A stretch of 64,000 nucleotides of DNA, taken from contig NC_135818.1 in assembly GCF_964213995.1 (NCBI RefSeq), forward strand, positions 85,250,001 to 85,314,000. The letters are read 5' to 3'. A program made the position numbers and the translations under genes. Numbering within the stretch: position 1 is the stretch's first letter; every line of letters starts with the position of its first letter. Under the pieces are notes generated by a model. That model did no database searches and had not been told where the DNA came from. It worked only from the letters and a program-made list of their open reading frames with translations. This DNA is from Mustelus asterias (taxonomy: Eukaryota). Below, one piece after another: positions 1 through 12,632 of this stretch.

Positions 1-305
1 ACTAGTTGGAGATTCTAGAACTCGGCGGCATAGTCTAAAAATTAGGGTCAGCCTGTTCAGGCGAGATGTGAGCAATCATTTCTACACACAAATGGTGGTA
101 GAGATGTGGAACTCTCTTCCACAAACGGCAGTTGATGTGAGATCATTTTAAACCTGAGGTAGATGATTTTTTGTTAAGCAAAGGTATTAAGGGATATGGG
201 CCAAAGGCAGGTATATGGAGTTAAACCATAGGTCAGCAATAATCTCATTAAACTCTGGAACAGGCTCGATGGGCTGAATGGCCCACTCCTGTTCCTGTGT
301 TTCTA
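1..305 (+). mobile_element. CR1 LINE 3' end fragment
   Basis: Matches the ORF2 C-terminus and 3' UTR of other CR1 copies here (ggctcgatgggctgaatggcccactcctgttcct tail; compare 5260-5312). Confidence 0.8.
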
Positions 306-659
306 ATTCGGTTCGTCCGACTATGACCTCTTGTGTACTCAACCATCACTCAAAGCTTCGCCTTCAAATGTTAAGACCCAAAGTCTTTGAATTGTTTTCC
401 TAAAACCCATTGCCTGCCTTCATTGACTTTAAGAGCGGGTATAAGAGGCGAGGTGTCAAACCGGAGTTGTACAACTCTACCTGGTCAATTTTCTGCTAAT
501 TGGGTTTGGGGAAATTTGACACTCCTGCAGTTTACAAACTTTCGCAAATAAATTTTTCAAAAGTCACTCGAACATTACTTCTCCATTTACTTTGGAGGCT
601 ATCTTCTCATCACACTGGTCAATGGACAGGGTGAGCCGGTAAGATCATGAGATAGGCAA

Positions 660-1075
660 AAAATTGGGTGCACGCCCGATTTCTCACCTATCACAATCTT
701 CCCAGGCCCAGGTATACGGCGAGATCAGCCTCACACCTGAAAAGGGCGCAATGAATGTCCTCACCGGCAAGGATCACGTATGGTCCTTGTCAACAGGGAC
801 CTGTTGTGATGGTCTCACTGGTAGGACTGGAGGCCTCCAAGGAGGCGTAGAGCAGGTGGGGCAGTGCCCGTTGGGCAGTGCCAGCTTGGCACCTTGGCCC
901 TGCCCACCTGGCACCCTGGCAGTATCCACCAGTACTGGGCAGCACCAAGGGGTCTGTGGACAGGGTCTACTGGGGGGGAGGGGGGGAGGGGGGGCAGCGA
1001 TTGGTCAGGGAGGCCAGTGGTCATTGCATCCTCTTATGTCAGCTGCCGGCTTTCCAGTGAGCTTAGGTCCTTACT
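660..1075. mobile_element. Fragment of a GC-rich non-autonomous DNA-transposon-like repeat related to 8018-8969
   Basis: Shares the tggcaccctggcagt and gggcagtgcca motifs and G-runs with 8018-8969; ends not resolved. Confidence 0.45.
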
Positions 1076-1918
1076 GGTGGGATACAGATTTTGCATTTTT
1101 TTTCCAGAGTGGCATAAGATTGGACTTGTGTCCTCACCGAAAAAATGGACCTGAAACTCTCCCATTTTCATCCTTGTTCAGGACTGAGAATTGTTTTGGT
1201 AAGAGCGCCTCCTTTGTCTTCATTCTGTCCCTTTGTGTCCTGACTCTTTACTTCCTCCACTGGTTTTTTGAGATGTAGAATAAAATGAAACACCTACCTC
1301 TGAAAGAATCCTGTTGTCTATTTCTGACAGAAAGCTGGATCCGTTCCTGAAAGTCTGTCTTGGCTGCATTGAGCGATTTCAAGATTGCGATTCTCTATTT
1401 ATGTTACAGTTGGTCACTTTGTTTTGCACAGTATCACAAAGTGTTTATTGTTCAAATAGAATTACTGCTGGGAAACTCACAAGAAACGCAAAGCAATCTT
1501 CACCAGAGAGGCTAAAATATATCAGCGTCCAGAAATATACGCATGTCCTGTGTTCATGATTTTAAGATACGAACTTCATCTTAATACTTTAGCACTCAGC
1601 CTCTTACCAGGGTGATGCAGACTGCAACCAAGACAGCAAGAAACAGAAACTAAAAAGTTTCATGAGAAACCTGACTCCTCCCCTGGCTTCTCCCCCCACC
1701 CACCACAATCTCCATTACATCCTGGCTAGTCAAGAACAAACTTGCCACCTGAAAACAATGAGATAAACAAGAACATACCTGTAACACTCATTCGCCACAT
1801 CAGAGTAAAAAACACAGCAGTCCATGAATAAAGAAAGGGAAAAGTTATGAAGCAGAATTTGTCCATCTGGAGGTGGAGCTGTCAATTCCAACCAGCCCCA
1901 GGAAGATATTTTTTTTTA

Positions 1919-2652
1919 CCCTTCAACACTGTAACTCCACACCATTCTGTCCCCTTTAACACTGTAACTCCACACCATTCTGTCCCCTTTAACACTGTAA
2001 CTCCACACCATTCTGTCCCCTTTAACACTGTAACTCCACACCATTCTGTCCCCTTTAACACTGTAACTCCACACCATTCTGTCCCCTTTAACACTGTAAC
2101 TCCACACCATTCTGTCCCCTTTAACACTGTAACTCCACACCATTCTGTCCCCTTTAACACTGTAACTCCACACCATTCTGTCCCCTTCAACACTGTAACT
2201 CCACACCATTCTGTCCCCTTTAACACTGTAACTCCACACCATTCTGTCCCCTTTAACACTGTAACTCCACACCATTCTGTCCCCTTTAACACTGTAACTC
2301 CACACCATTCTGTCCCCTTTAACACTGTAACTCCACACCATTCTGTCCCCTTTAACACTGTAACTCCACACCATTCTGCCCCCTTTAACACTGTAACTTC
2401 ACACCATTCTGCATCCTTTAACACTGTAACTCCACACCATTCTGTACCCTTTAACACTGTAACTCCACACCATTCTGTCCCCTTTAACACTGTAACTCCA
2501 CACCATTCTGTCCCCTTTAACACTGTAACTCCACACCATTCTGTCCCCTTCAACACTGTAACTCCACACCATTCTGTACCCTTTAACACTGTCACTTCAC
2601 ACCATTCTATCCCCTTTAACACTGTCACTTCATACCATTCTTTATCCTTCAA
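1919..2652. repeat. 33-bp minisatellite, about 22 copies (CCCTTTAACACTGTAACTCCACACCATTCTGTC)
   Basis: Near-identical head-to-tail units with no spacers; produces the spurious repetitive ORFs (VPFNTVTPHHS)n and (VTVLKGTEWCG)n. Confidence 0.97.
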
Positions 2653-3126
2653 TTCTTATCTAGAAGATAACTTAGACATTTTTAAATACTTCCGCATTAC
2701 TCAATTGAATTTGAGGAAACTCATTTTCAGACTTTAACCCTTCTCTCTGCATCATTCATATCAATACAACTTGTTTTTGTCTTATTCCCTATCAAAATAT
2801 TTCATGAGCATCTTTATGTGACATATTCTGTGGGATATTCTTCTATATGGAGTGCTAACCAGATAATTCAGTTCACTAACTTTTTTCTCAGTTTCGTACA
2901 GTTTACTAAACCTAGCTGTTAATGGTTCATGCGACACTGGTATTTAAACTAGCACTTTCTCCTCTGCGACAAAACTACGAGTCTCTTTCTTACTAGTTTC
3001 TGTTTACGTCACTTTCTGTGATATTTTTAAATAATCCCTCACCAATTCACAAACCCCATTCAGTCTCTCTTTGAAATTTGACACTTCTTACTCAACACCT
3101 TCTCCTGAATCAGATTACCTCAGACC

Positions 3127-3965
3127 TGTAAGAGGAATTTTCCAGGGTGTCTCTCTGAGGGGTGTGGTACTCAGTTGAACTCAACCAATACAGAGACCAC
3201 AAAAGACAGCATGTAGTTACAGAGCAAAAAGAAGTTTATTGCTAATGCATGCATTAGGAGAAAATATAGTCAGCAAGTACCGGTAACCCTTTCTGACGTA
3301 ACAGTACAAGTGTGAGATTGATATACTCTTCTGAACACTTCGATTTCCCGCCCAAACTGGAGGGTCCAATTACAATATTGCACATTATTATCTTAGCCAA
3401 TAACGCTCTATCTATCAGCAGGATTAGGAGCTCATTAGTCCATTGCACTGAAAGTTCCCTCATTACTAGGAAACCTAACAATGTAAATCCAGTAGATTCA
3501 AGGATAATTTTAATTGGTAAAGGGAGTCAATTCCCTTGCCTATGTTCAGTCCCGTTGCCCACATGAGTAACCATACCAATGTCGTTAACCATGAGCTAAT
3601 ACACTCCAGTATATTCCAAAGCCCTGATTAACTTGCAGCTGCCTGACACAAGCTGATAAGGAGAACTGCTCTCTCTATATTCCATTGCCTCAAAAGAATT
3701 TGGTCTGTCCACTATTGTCTATTTCCCATCATGCTGAGCAGTTAGATTGCCCATTGGCCAAGGTTTACAAAACACATTAAGAGTACAGTTTAATTTCATA
3801 ATTCTTGGTTAAATTGTGGTTATACAGACAATACCTTTGCATATTGCATTGGGCACATGGTGAATCCTTATTCTATATATAATGTACCTTGTAATCTTTA
3901 CCTTAACCTAATCTACTTACTATAGTAAATTTAAGATGAGGGGCTTTTATACTATAAGTTTTATA
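3127..3965 (-). mobile_element. LTR-like insertion splitting the integrase
   Basis: Begins TGTAAG at 3127 and has a minus-strand AATAAA at about 3235-3240; integrase translation resumes on both sides. Target-site duplication (TSD) not clear. Confidence 0.45.
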
Positions 3966-4364
3966 TTACCCTCCTTCAATGCCCATCCACCAATTCAAAA
4001 GGGCTACATTTCATAGAGTCATTTGATGCATCCCTAATGGCAAATGGTAAGAATGGAATTCCTTTGTGCCAATCATGGGGGTAATTCTGACTATACGCTT
4101 TCATTATTCTTTCCAAAGTCTGATGCCATCTCTCCAAAGATGCCTGTGACTCTGGATGATATACTGATGAATTAAACTGCTTTACCTCCAAGTTATTCAT
4201 GACTTTCTTAAACAATCCTGACGCAAAATTTGACCCTCGATCTGATTGCATTTCCATTGGTCACCCTATCTAGTAAAATAAATTGGTCAATTCGTCTGCA
4301 ACTCTTTTCTTGCTGTAATGTTTCTTAATGCCATGGCTTCTGGAAATTAATGGATGCATCCATA

Positions 4365-5312
4365 AGTGTAGGGTAACAAAGTTTGCGGATGACACAAAGA
4401 TGAGTGGGAAAGCGAATTGCGTGGAGGATGCGGAAAGTCTGCAGAGAGATTTGGATAGGCTGAGTGAGTGGGCGAGGATCTGGCAGATGGAGTATAACGT
4501 TGGCAAATGTGAGGTTATCCATTTTGGAAGGAATAATAGTAAAATGGACTATTATTTAAATGGTGAAAAATTACAACATGCTACTGTGCAGAGGGACCTG
4601 GGGGTCCTTGTGCATGAATCGCAAAAACTCAGTTTGCAGGTACAGCAGGTGATCAAGGCGGCAAATGGAATGTTGGCCTTTATCGCAAAGGGGATGGAGT
4701 ATAAAAGAAGGGAGGTCTTGCTGCAATTGTACAAGGTACTGGTGAGGCCGCAACTAGAGTACTGTGTGCAATTTTGGTCCCCTTGTTTGCGAAAGGATAT
4801 ATTGGCCTTGGAGGGAGTACAGAGAAGGTTCACCAGGTTGATACCAGAGATGAGGGGGTTAGCTTATGAGGAGAGATTGAGTAGATTGGGCCTGTACTCA
4901 TTGGAGTTTAGAAGGCTGAGGGGAGATCTTCTAGAGACATATAAGATAATGAAGGGGCTAGACAGGGTAGAGGCAGAGAGATTCTTTCCACTTAGAAAGG
5001 AAACAAGAACTAGAGGACACAGCCTCAAAATAAGGGGAGTCAGTTTAGAACAGAGTTGAGGAGGAACTTCTTCTTTAAGAAGGTAGTGAATCTCTGGAAT
5101 TCTCTGCTCATTGAAGCAGTAGAGGCTACCTTGTTAAACATGTTTAAGACACGGGTAGATAGATTTCTGATCAATAAGGGAATTAAGGGTTATGGGGAGC
5201 GGGCGGGTAAGTGGAACTAAACCACTATCAGATCAGCCATGATCTTATTGAATGGCGAGGCAGGCTCGAGGGGCTAGATGGCCTACTCCTGCTCCTATTT
5301 CTTATGTTCTTA
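4365..5312 (+). mobile_element. 5'-truncated CR1 LINE (RT C-terminal part plus 3' UTR)
   Basis: KFADDTK...WQMEYNVGKC...LVRPQLEYCVQFWSP in ORF 4328-5059; ttcttatg-type tail. Confidence 0.93.
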
Positions 5313-5426
5313 TAATCATCGGTAAGTACTGATTGCAACTTTTTGTTCAACCCAATCTTCCAGAACTCTTGTGAAAGGCTCCTCAAAACCTGCAATAGGA
5401 ATTAAAGGTGCCTATTTCATTACAGT

Positions 5427-5620
5427 AAGAAGTCTCACAACACCAGGTTAAAGTCTGACAGGTTTATTTGGAATCACGAGCTTTCGGATCGCTGCTCCCC
5501 AGAGTGACTTACCTGAGGAAGGAGCAGTTTATTCCAAATAAACCTGTTGGACTTTAACCTGGTGTTGTGAGACTTCTTACTGTGCTCACCCCAGTCCAAC
5601 GCCGGTATCTCCACATCATG
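5427..5620. mobile_element. Penelope-like pLTR remnant, fold-back (inverted) configuration
   Basis: About 50-bp inverted arms (agtaagaagtctcacaacaccaggttaaagtc...gactttaacctggtgttgtgagacttcttact) around a degenerate hammerhead core; flanked by tttcattacag/ttttattacag duplication. Confidence 0.7.
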
Positions 5621-6459
5621 TTTTATTACAGCTTGTACTTTTCCTATCATTTGACGTGTGTGACATGTTCGACGAAATCTAACTACATCTTTGTGTAGCT
5701 CAGGCCAGTAAAACTGTATCTTCACTTGAGTTTTCCTTATTCCTAAATGTCCCCATAATGGAAGGACTATTTGTACAATTTCTTTCTAGACTCAGGTGGT
5801 AGTACAACATGATGGAGCTCCAGCCACTCTTCATCTGTGTTATCAGGAGAAAGTCTCCATTTTCTCATTAATATATTATCCTTCACATAAAAACATTCAG
5901 GAATACATTGGGCTTCTAACCCTTAAGTACATAGTGTGAGAGATCTGTTTTATCTTTGCATCTCCTTTCTGCAATTCTTTTCAATTTCAACTCCCTTATC
6001 TCCTTCCTTGTCAGCGTGAACCATTTCTCAGAAGATAGTGTCATCTAATTGTATCTCACTTCCCGTATCCGGTGAGCTAGACCCCTCCTCCAGTTTCATC
6101 TTGTGTGCTATGATCCCATTATCTCACGATCCAAGATTTTCTAGTTGTGTTCCTTCTGTATCTTGACCTACTTCAAGCTATTCAACTACAGTAGGCACCA
6201 CTATCATCTGTGACCCCAGCTCCATCATTTCCAAAGATAACCTGAACCCATGCATTACACAATTTTTCTATCAATCCTACGATCACTTCTCGTGCCTACA
6301 AACTTCTCAAGTTTACTTTAGCCAGAGGAATTCTTTTAGTCTCCTCATGAATACCACTGATTCGAACCGCTTCCTTTAAAATCCCCTCTGGACAGCAAAT
6401 ATCCTTATCCCACATTAGTGATTGACTTGCTCCAGTATATCTTAAACTTTATATCTCAT

Positions 6460-7235
6460 TGCTGGCTATATCCCACAATGCTGGATTCACCTCACAATGT
6501 TGGGTAGGGTGGCACAGTGATTAGCACTTCTGCCTCACAGTGGCAGGGACCCGGGTTCAATTACTGACTTGGGTCACTGTGGAGTCTGCACGTTCTCCCC
6601 AAACTGCGTGGGTTTCCTTCAGGTCCTCCGGTTTCCTCCCACTGTCTGAAAGACATGCTGGTTAGGTGCATTGGCCACGCTAAATTCTCCCTCAGTGTAC
6701 CCGAACAGGCATCGGAGTGTGGCGACAAGGTTATTTTCACAGTAACTTCATTGCAGTGTTAATGTAAGCCTACTTGTGGCAATAAGTAAAACTTAACTTA
6801 TCTTACAATGTTGGACACACCTCACAATGCTGGGTTTATCTCACAATGCTGGATACATCCCAAAATGCTGGGTACATTTCACAGTGCTGGGTATATCTCC
6901 CAATGCTGGGTATACCTCGCAATGCTGAGTACACCTTGCAGTGCTAGGTATACCTGACAATGGTGGGCACAGCTCGCAGTGCTGGTTTTATCTAGCAGTG
7001 CATTGCTGGGTACATCTCACAATGCTGGGTATATCTCGCAGTGCTGGTTAGATCTCACAATGCTGGTTAGATCTCACAATGCTGGATATATTTCACAATG
7101 CTGGGTATATCTCGCAGTTCTGGGTTTATCTCACAATGCTGGATACATCTCAAAATGCTGGGTACATCTCGCAGTGCTGGGTACATCTCACAATGGTGGG
7201 CACATCCCACAGTGGTGGGTATATCTAGCAGTGCA
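6460..7235. repeat. Degenerate 19-bp tandem repeat (TCACAATGCTGGGTATATC), interrupted by a SINE
   Basis: Units at 6460-6505 and 6800-7235. Confidence 0.85.
6506..6795 (+). mobile_element. tRNA-derived HE1/V-type SINE (tail type 2: ttcacagtaacttcattgcagtgttaatgtaagcctacttgtg)
   Basis: A box (tggcacagtg) and B box (ggttcaatt); conserved core shared with more than 12 copies in the window. Confidence 0.85.
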
Positions 7236-9475
7236 AAATCATAATCTACTCAGGCAGAGTCAGCATAGCTTCATGAAAGGGAAATCATGTCTGACTAACT
7301 TAACAGAGTTTTTCTAGGAAGTCTCAACCAGAGAGGATAGAGGGGAACAAATAGATGTGTTGTATTTGGACTTCCAGGAGATGTTCGACAAGATACCTCA
7401 CAAAAGGTTAAGTCATAGGATAAGAGCCCATAGGGTTGGAGATAGTACATTGGCAGGGATAGAGAATTGGCTAATGGGCAGGAAACAGCGATTGGGGATA
7501 AGGGGTTCTTTATCCGGTTGATGACCAGTGAGGTTCCACAGGGATCAGCGCTGGGACCGCAACTGTTTACAATATATATTAATGACTCGGAGGAAGGCAG
7601 CGAATGCACTGTAGCCAAATTTGCAGACAACATAAAAATAGGTGGAAAGGCAAGTTGTGAGAGGGATGCAAGCCGTTTACAAAGAGGTGTTGACAGGTTA
7701 AGTAAGGGGGAAAACTGTTGGCAAATGGAGTATAATGTGGGAAAATGCGCAGTTGTTCATTTTGGAAGGGAGAACAAAAAAAAGAGTATTATTTAAATGG
7801 AGAAAAACTGCAGAAAGCTACAAACAAACAGACTTGGGGGTACAGAAACACAGAATGATAGCAGGTAATCAGGAAGGCTAATGGAATGTTGGCCCTTATA
7901 TCAAAGAGGTTGGAGTATAAGAGTGGGGATGTCTTGCTGCAACTGTACAAGGTACTGGTGAGACCACATCTGGAGCACTGTGAGCAACTTTGGTCCCCTT
8001 ATTTGAGGAAAGATATTGGCCGTGATTCTCCCATCCCGTTGCGCTAATGTTTTAGTGCAGCAGGCTGGGGGAATCTCATGGCGAGCGATACGGGGATTTG
8101 TATAAATGTTCCCACGCCGATAGTGTCTCCCAGAATAGCTCCCCACTAACGGGGAACTAGTGGTCTGACCCCATTGGAGTGAATGAAGGCAATCAGGGCC
8201 CCCCCAGAAGATCGGGTGGAGGGGGGGGTGCCCCCTCGGCATTGGCACCCTGGCAGTGCCAGACTGTGCCCCCGACACTGCCCAAGGGGCAAAATGCCAA
8301 TGCCCAAGGGGGAAAATGGGGCAGTGCCAAGGGGGCGGAGCATATGGGGAGGTTGATGGGGTGGGGACTAGGAGGCGATCAGAGGGAGTGGGGTGTTCCG
8401 CTGCCACTCTGCATAGGGATCGGTTGGGGGAAGGAGGGAGGCCAGCGATTGGGGCGGGCTGGGGGTAGGTGTCAGTCGGGGTGGGGGGAGGAGGGGGGGG
8501 GGAGTGGTCAGCTTACTGTGGGGGGGCTGGCACTGCGGGGCGGTGGGGGGGGGGGGTGGTCAGGACTGCAGGGGGGTGGGATGGGCCGGGAAGGAAGGGT
8601 CGAGGCTGGGCCTGGGAATGGTCGGGGGGGGCAGTGATCGGGCCAAGGGGAGGGGGGGGTGGTGGGGTAGGGGTCGTGGGGCTGGCCAGCAATCGGGAGA
8701 CTGCGTATGCAGGGCCACTGCGCGTACACCAATCTCGGCGCTGACAGACCGCCGCATGCAGAGAGGGCCGCTCTGTGCGCTGATTTCAGCCTCTCCACAG
8801 GGGATAGGCCCTGCGCCCCCTAGTTTTTAATGATATTCGTGCTAGTGGCCTCTGCAGTGCACTGAGTGTGGGAGATTATTCTCTGAACTCCCACTGAAAA
8901 AATCAGTGTGAATTACTCCAGTTTGCATGCGAATTCGACACTGAGAATTTTTTGGAGAGAATTCTGACCATTATTTGCTTGGAGGCAGTTCAGAGAAACT
9001 TGACTAGGATGATCCCTGGTATGGAGGGATTGTCTTATGAGGAAAGATTAAACAAATTGGTACTCTACTCATTGGGATTTAGAAAAATCAGAGGTGATCT
9101 TACTGAAACATATAGGATTCTTAAGGGGATTGACAGGGTAAATGTTGAGAAGATATTTCCCCACATAGGAGAGTCTAGGACCAAAGGGCATAGTCTCAGA
9201 AGAGACTCTTAGGGGAGCCAATTGAAGACTGAGATGAGGAGAAATGTCTCAGGGTTGTGAGTCTTTGGAACTACTTGCCACAGAGAGCTGTAGGAGCAGA
9301 GTCCCCACCTATATTTAAGGCTGAGATAGATTTTTGACCAGTAAGGGAATCAAGAGTATAGGGAAAGGGCAGGAAAGTGGATATGAGAAATGTTGGATCA
9401 GCCATGATCCTATTGGATGGTGGAACAGGCTCGAGGGGCTGAATGGCCTACTCTGTTCCTATTTTTCTTATGGTC
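7236..9475 (+). mobile_element. Degraded CR1 LINE, split by a DNA-transposon insertion
   Basis: QHSFMKGKSCLTNL, VPQGSALGPQLF, KFADNIK and the C-terminal LEAVQRNLTRMIPG; multiple stops and frameshifts. Confidence 0.9.
8018..8969. mobile_element. Non-autonomous DNA transposon, PIF/Harbinger-like
   Basis: Interrupts a CR1 exactly; 3-bp TSD ATT (8015-8017 and 8970-8972); imperfect terminal inverted repeats GGCCGTGATTCTCCC / GGTCAGAATTCTCTC; no transposase. Confidence 0.65.
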
Positions 9476-9499
9476 TTCTGGAAACATCATCTGTGCATC

Positions 9500-10655
9500 C
9501 AGTCTGTCCAGCCCTGTCAGGATTTTGTATGTTTCAATGAGATTCCCTTTCATTTTTTTGAACACCTAGTCAACTCAACTTCTCATCTGACAATCCTGCC
9601 AATCCATTGGTGAATCTTTGCGGCACTCCCGCCACTATTTCACTTCTTAGGCAGCGAGACCAAAATTGCACACAATGCCCCAGGTGTGGTCTCACTAAGA
9701 CCCTCTACAGCTGCAGTAAAACATCCTTGCTCTTGTATTCCATTCCTCTTGCAATGAAGGCCAACATACCATTTGCCTTTTAACTGCTTGCTGTACCTTC
9801 ATGCTTACTGTCACTGACTTGTGTACAAGGACACCCAGGTCCATTTGTATGTAAATATCTCCCAATCTATCACCATTTAACTAACCCTCTGCCATTCTGT
9901 TTTTCCTACTGAGATACATAACTTCATAGCAGTTATACAGCATCTACCATGTGTTTGCCCCTTCATCTTGAAGCCTTTTAAAATCCTCCTCACAACTCAT
10001 ATTCCCACCTAGTTTCATGTCATCAGCAAACTTGGAAATATTCCATTAGGTTCCTTCATCCAAATCATTGATATGTTTTGTGAGTAGCTGGAGCCCAAGC
10101 ACTGGTTCCTGCAGGACCTCATTAGTCACTGCCTGCCATTCCAAACAAGACCCATTTATTCCTACTCTCTGTTTCCTGTCTGCTGACCAGTTCTCAATCC
10201 ATGCTGATATAATATCCCCAATTCCATGTGCTTTAATTTTGCACCTTTTATCGAAAGAGTTTATCAAAAGCTTTCTGAAAATCCAAATGCATCACATCGA
10301 CTGGTTCTACCTCATCTATTCTGCTCCTCAGAACAACTCCAGTAGGTTTGCCAAACATGATTTCTCTTTCATAATTTCATGTTGACTTTTACTAATCCTG
10401 TTGATATTTTCTCAGTGTCCAGTTGCCGGATCCTTTATACTAAACTCAAGCATTTTCTCTGCTCCTGATGTTAGACTAACTGGCCGGTATATCCTGTTTT
10501 CTTCTTCCTTTCTTTTTTGATTAGTTCGATTACATTTGCCACCCTCCAATCTGCTGGGACTGATCAAAAATCTGCAGATGTCAAACCATGTATCTACTAT
10601 TTCAACTCTATTAGCATCCTGGGATATAGATTACCAGGCCCTGGCAATTTATCTG
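9500..10655 (-). mobile_element. Old CR1 LINE fragment
   Basis: KIKAHGIG...WIENW...KQRVGING...LGLQLL.HINDLDEG and KFADD remnants on the minus strand. Confidence 0.85.
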
Positions 10656-11814
10656 TTGTTCTGGTGGACTTCTTCCAACTGACCACAGGAGACACAGGAA
10701 CATAGTCCAATAGTTTATTCATGATTCAAGCATGGAGGGAACTACCCCAGAGAAACCTCTGGAGCAGGATCCTCTTAGAATACAAATCTTAGCTCTAACA
10801 CTGCTCTTGCAGGGAGAGCATTCGAGTACAACTTTTAGCTCTAATGCAAACACTGGTTATTCAGTGAGTCAGTACACAGAACATTGTTTTAAAATTCTGA
10901 TCTTGTCTATATAGGTTTATTATTAAACCTTTACCCAAAGGCTTGTCTGTAATCTAGCTGGGAACTGTCTGTTTTTCTAACAGATAAACAACCTTGCTGG
11001 TGAGGTCTGCTGATAGTAGCACGTTGAGAGATAAGCATTTGACTAGCATGTGCTTTTACTTTAATGCAAGGGTGTTAGATCTATTCCCTTTTTTACTAAA
11101 TCTGTTAATTGCATCAGCTTTCAGTCCCATCAATTTCTCCAGCGTCATTTTCTTAGTAAAAGTAATTTCCAATTGATGAGGTGCTCTTCTGAGTGGGACA
11201 GTTGCGAAATTGGGATTCGACTGTGCTAATTGCCACCCTTGCTCTCAACTTTTCATTGAGTTTCAACTCAGTCATCTATTTGACAGTTTCGTAGTTTTGG
11301 CGGATGAATGAGCTTTTTGAACTGCAGCTCAGACATCTGAATATTTCAAAGCTTGGACAGATGGCTGAGCCATTAGATGACTTCAAAGACCTGAACGTAA
11401 TCATCTCTAGAGGCCTTGTTAACGTAGTTTTTGAATGGCGATTTCATGAATATGCTGGCTGAGTTCCAGGCCCAGCAATGTATTTAGCTCAGCAGGAGTT
11501 GTTGTCACAGATCCCAAGGGATCTTAGCCTACTTAGTTGTTCTAAACATTTTTGAGGTCTAATAGAATATAATTGGATTTTGAGTGACTGTTTATCATGG
11601 TAGAGTTATGTGGTCTAAATTGGGTTAATTTTTAAGTGGATTTTGGATGATGTTTGGTTTATCTTTTATGATCCCCCAATAGGATTGTGGTTTTTGTCAA
11701 ATGCATTTTGAATGACTGTTTGTTTTGACAGATTTATGTGCATTTGAAAGTCTTGCAAATGTAATTATAGGGCACGTGAGTTCTATGTTCAGTGGTTACT
11801 GGGGATGTGTCCAT

Positions 11815-12632
11815 TTTGATTTGATCTGATTTATTATTGTCACATGTATTAGTATACAGAGAAAAGTATTGTTTCTTGTACACTATACAGACAAAGCATA
11901 CTGTACATAGAGAAAGAAAGGAGGGAGGGCAGAATGTAGTGTTACAGTCATAGCTAGGGCGTAGAGAAAAATCAACTTAATATGAGGTAGGTCCATTCAA
12001 AAGTCTGATGGCAGCAGGGAAGAAGCTGTTCTTGAGTCGATTGGTGTGTGACCTCAGACTTGTGTATCTTTTCCTGACAAAGAAGATGGAAGAGAGAATG
12101 TCCGGGGTGCGTGGGGTCCTTGATTATGCTGGCTGCTTTTCTGAGGCAGCGGGAAGTGTAGACTGAGTCAATGGATGGGAGGCTGGTTTGCGTGATGGAC
12201 TGGGCTTCGTTCACGACCATTTGTAATTTCTTGCAGTCTTGGCAGAGCAGGAGCCATACCGAGCTGTGATACAACCAGAAAGAATGTTTTTAATGATGCA
12301 TCTGTAAAAGTTGGTGAGAGTCGTAGCAGACATGCCAAATTTTCTTAGTCTTCTGAGAAAGTAAAAGCATTGGTGGGCTTTCTTAACAATAGCATCGGCA
12401 TGAAGGGATCAGGACAGGTTATTGGTGATCTGGACACCTAAAAACCTGAAGCTCTCGACCATTTCTACTTCATCCCCATTGATGTAGACAGGGGCATGTT
12501 CTCCTTTACGCTTCCTGAAGTCGATGACTATCTCCTTTGTTCTGTTGACATGGAGGGAGAGATTATTGTAATTGCACCAGTTCACCAGATTCTCTATCTC
12601 TTTCCTGTACTGTGTCTCGTCATTGTTTGAAG
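11815..12632 (-). mobile_element. Rex1/Babar-type LINE 3' fragment
   Basis: KKLQMVVNEAQSITQTSLPSIDSVYTSRCLRKAASIIKDPTHPGHSLFHLL, typical of the Rex1/Babar C-terminus; short (aatca)-type tail at about 11815. Confidence 0.75.

Larger units (their letters stand above)
2700..6450 (-). mobile_element. Degraded Gypsy (Gmr1-like) pol fragment: protease followed directly by integrase, interrupted by LTR-like, CR1 and Penelope-like inserts
   Basis: Minus-strand translations: LRYTGASQSLM (about 6415-6445, degenerate protease); GHLGIRKT...FYWPELHKDV...CHT (about 5650-5760, integrase zinc finger); QSDRGSNF..YHPESQ..LERWH..SPFELV (3976-4257, integrase core); NYLVSTPYRR...CHIKMLMKY (about 2790-2870, integrase C-terminus). 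Confidence 0.75.

Noticed and set aside
664-1278. 204-aa ORF as a host gene
   Set aside because: Non-ATG start, low complexity, lies in a GC-rich repeat and has no recognisable domain.
1919-2652. CRISPR array or repeat-protein gene
   Set aside because: The units are contiguous with no unique spacers, there are no cas genes and the context is eukaryotic; the ORFs are a by-product of the 33-bp period.
3966-3977. AAGGAGGG as a polypurine tract ending the Gmr1-like element
   Set aside because: Integrase translation continues on the far side of the insertion (below 3126), so this is more likely integrase coding sequence.
7901-8830. Cluster of Gly/Pro-rich ORFs
   Set aside because: Stop-poor G-rich transposon interior; no transposase or other domain.
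10654-11100. Possible solo LTR within a CR1
   Set aside because: It interrupts the CR1 and starts with TG, but no CA end or convincing TSD was found.
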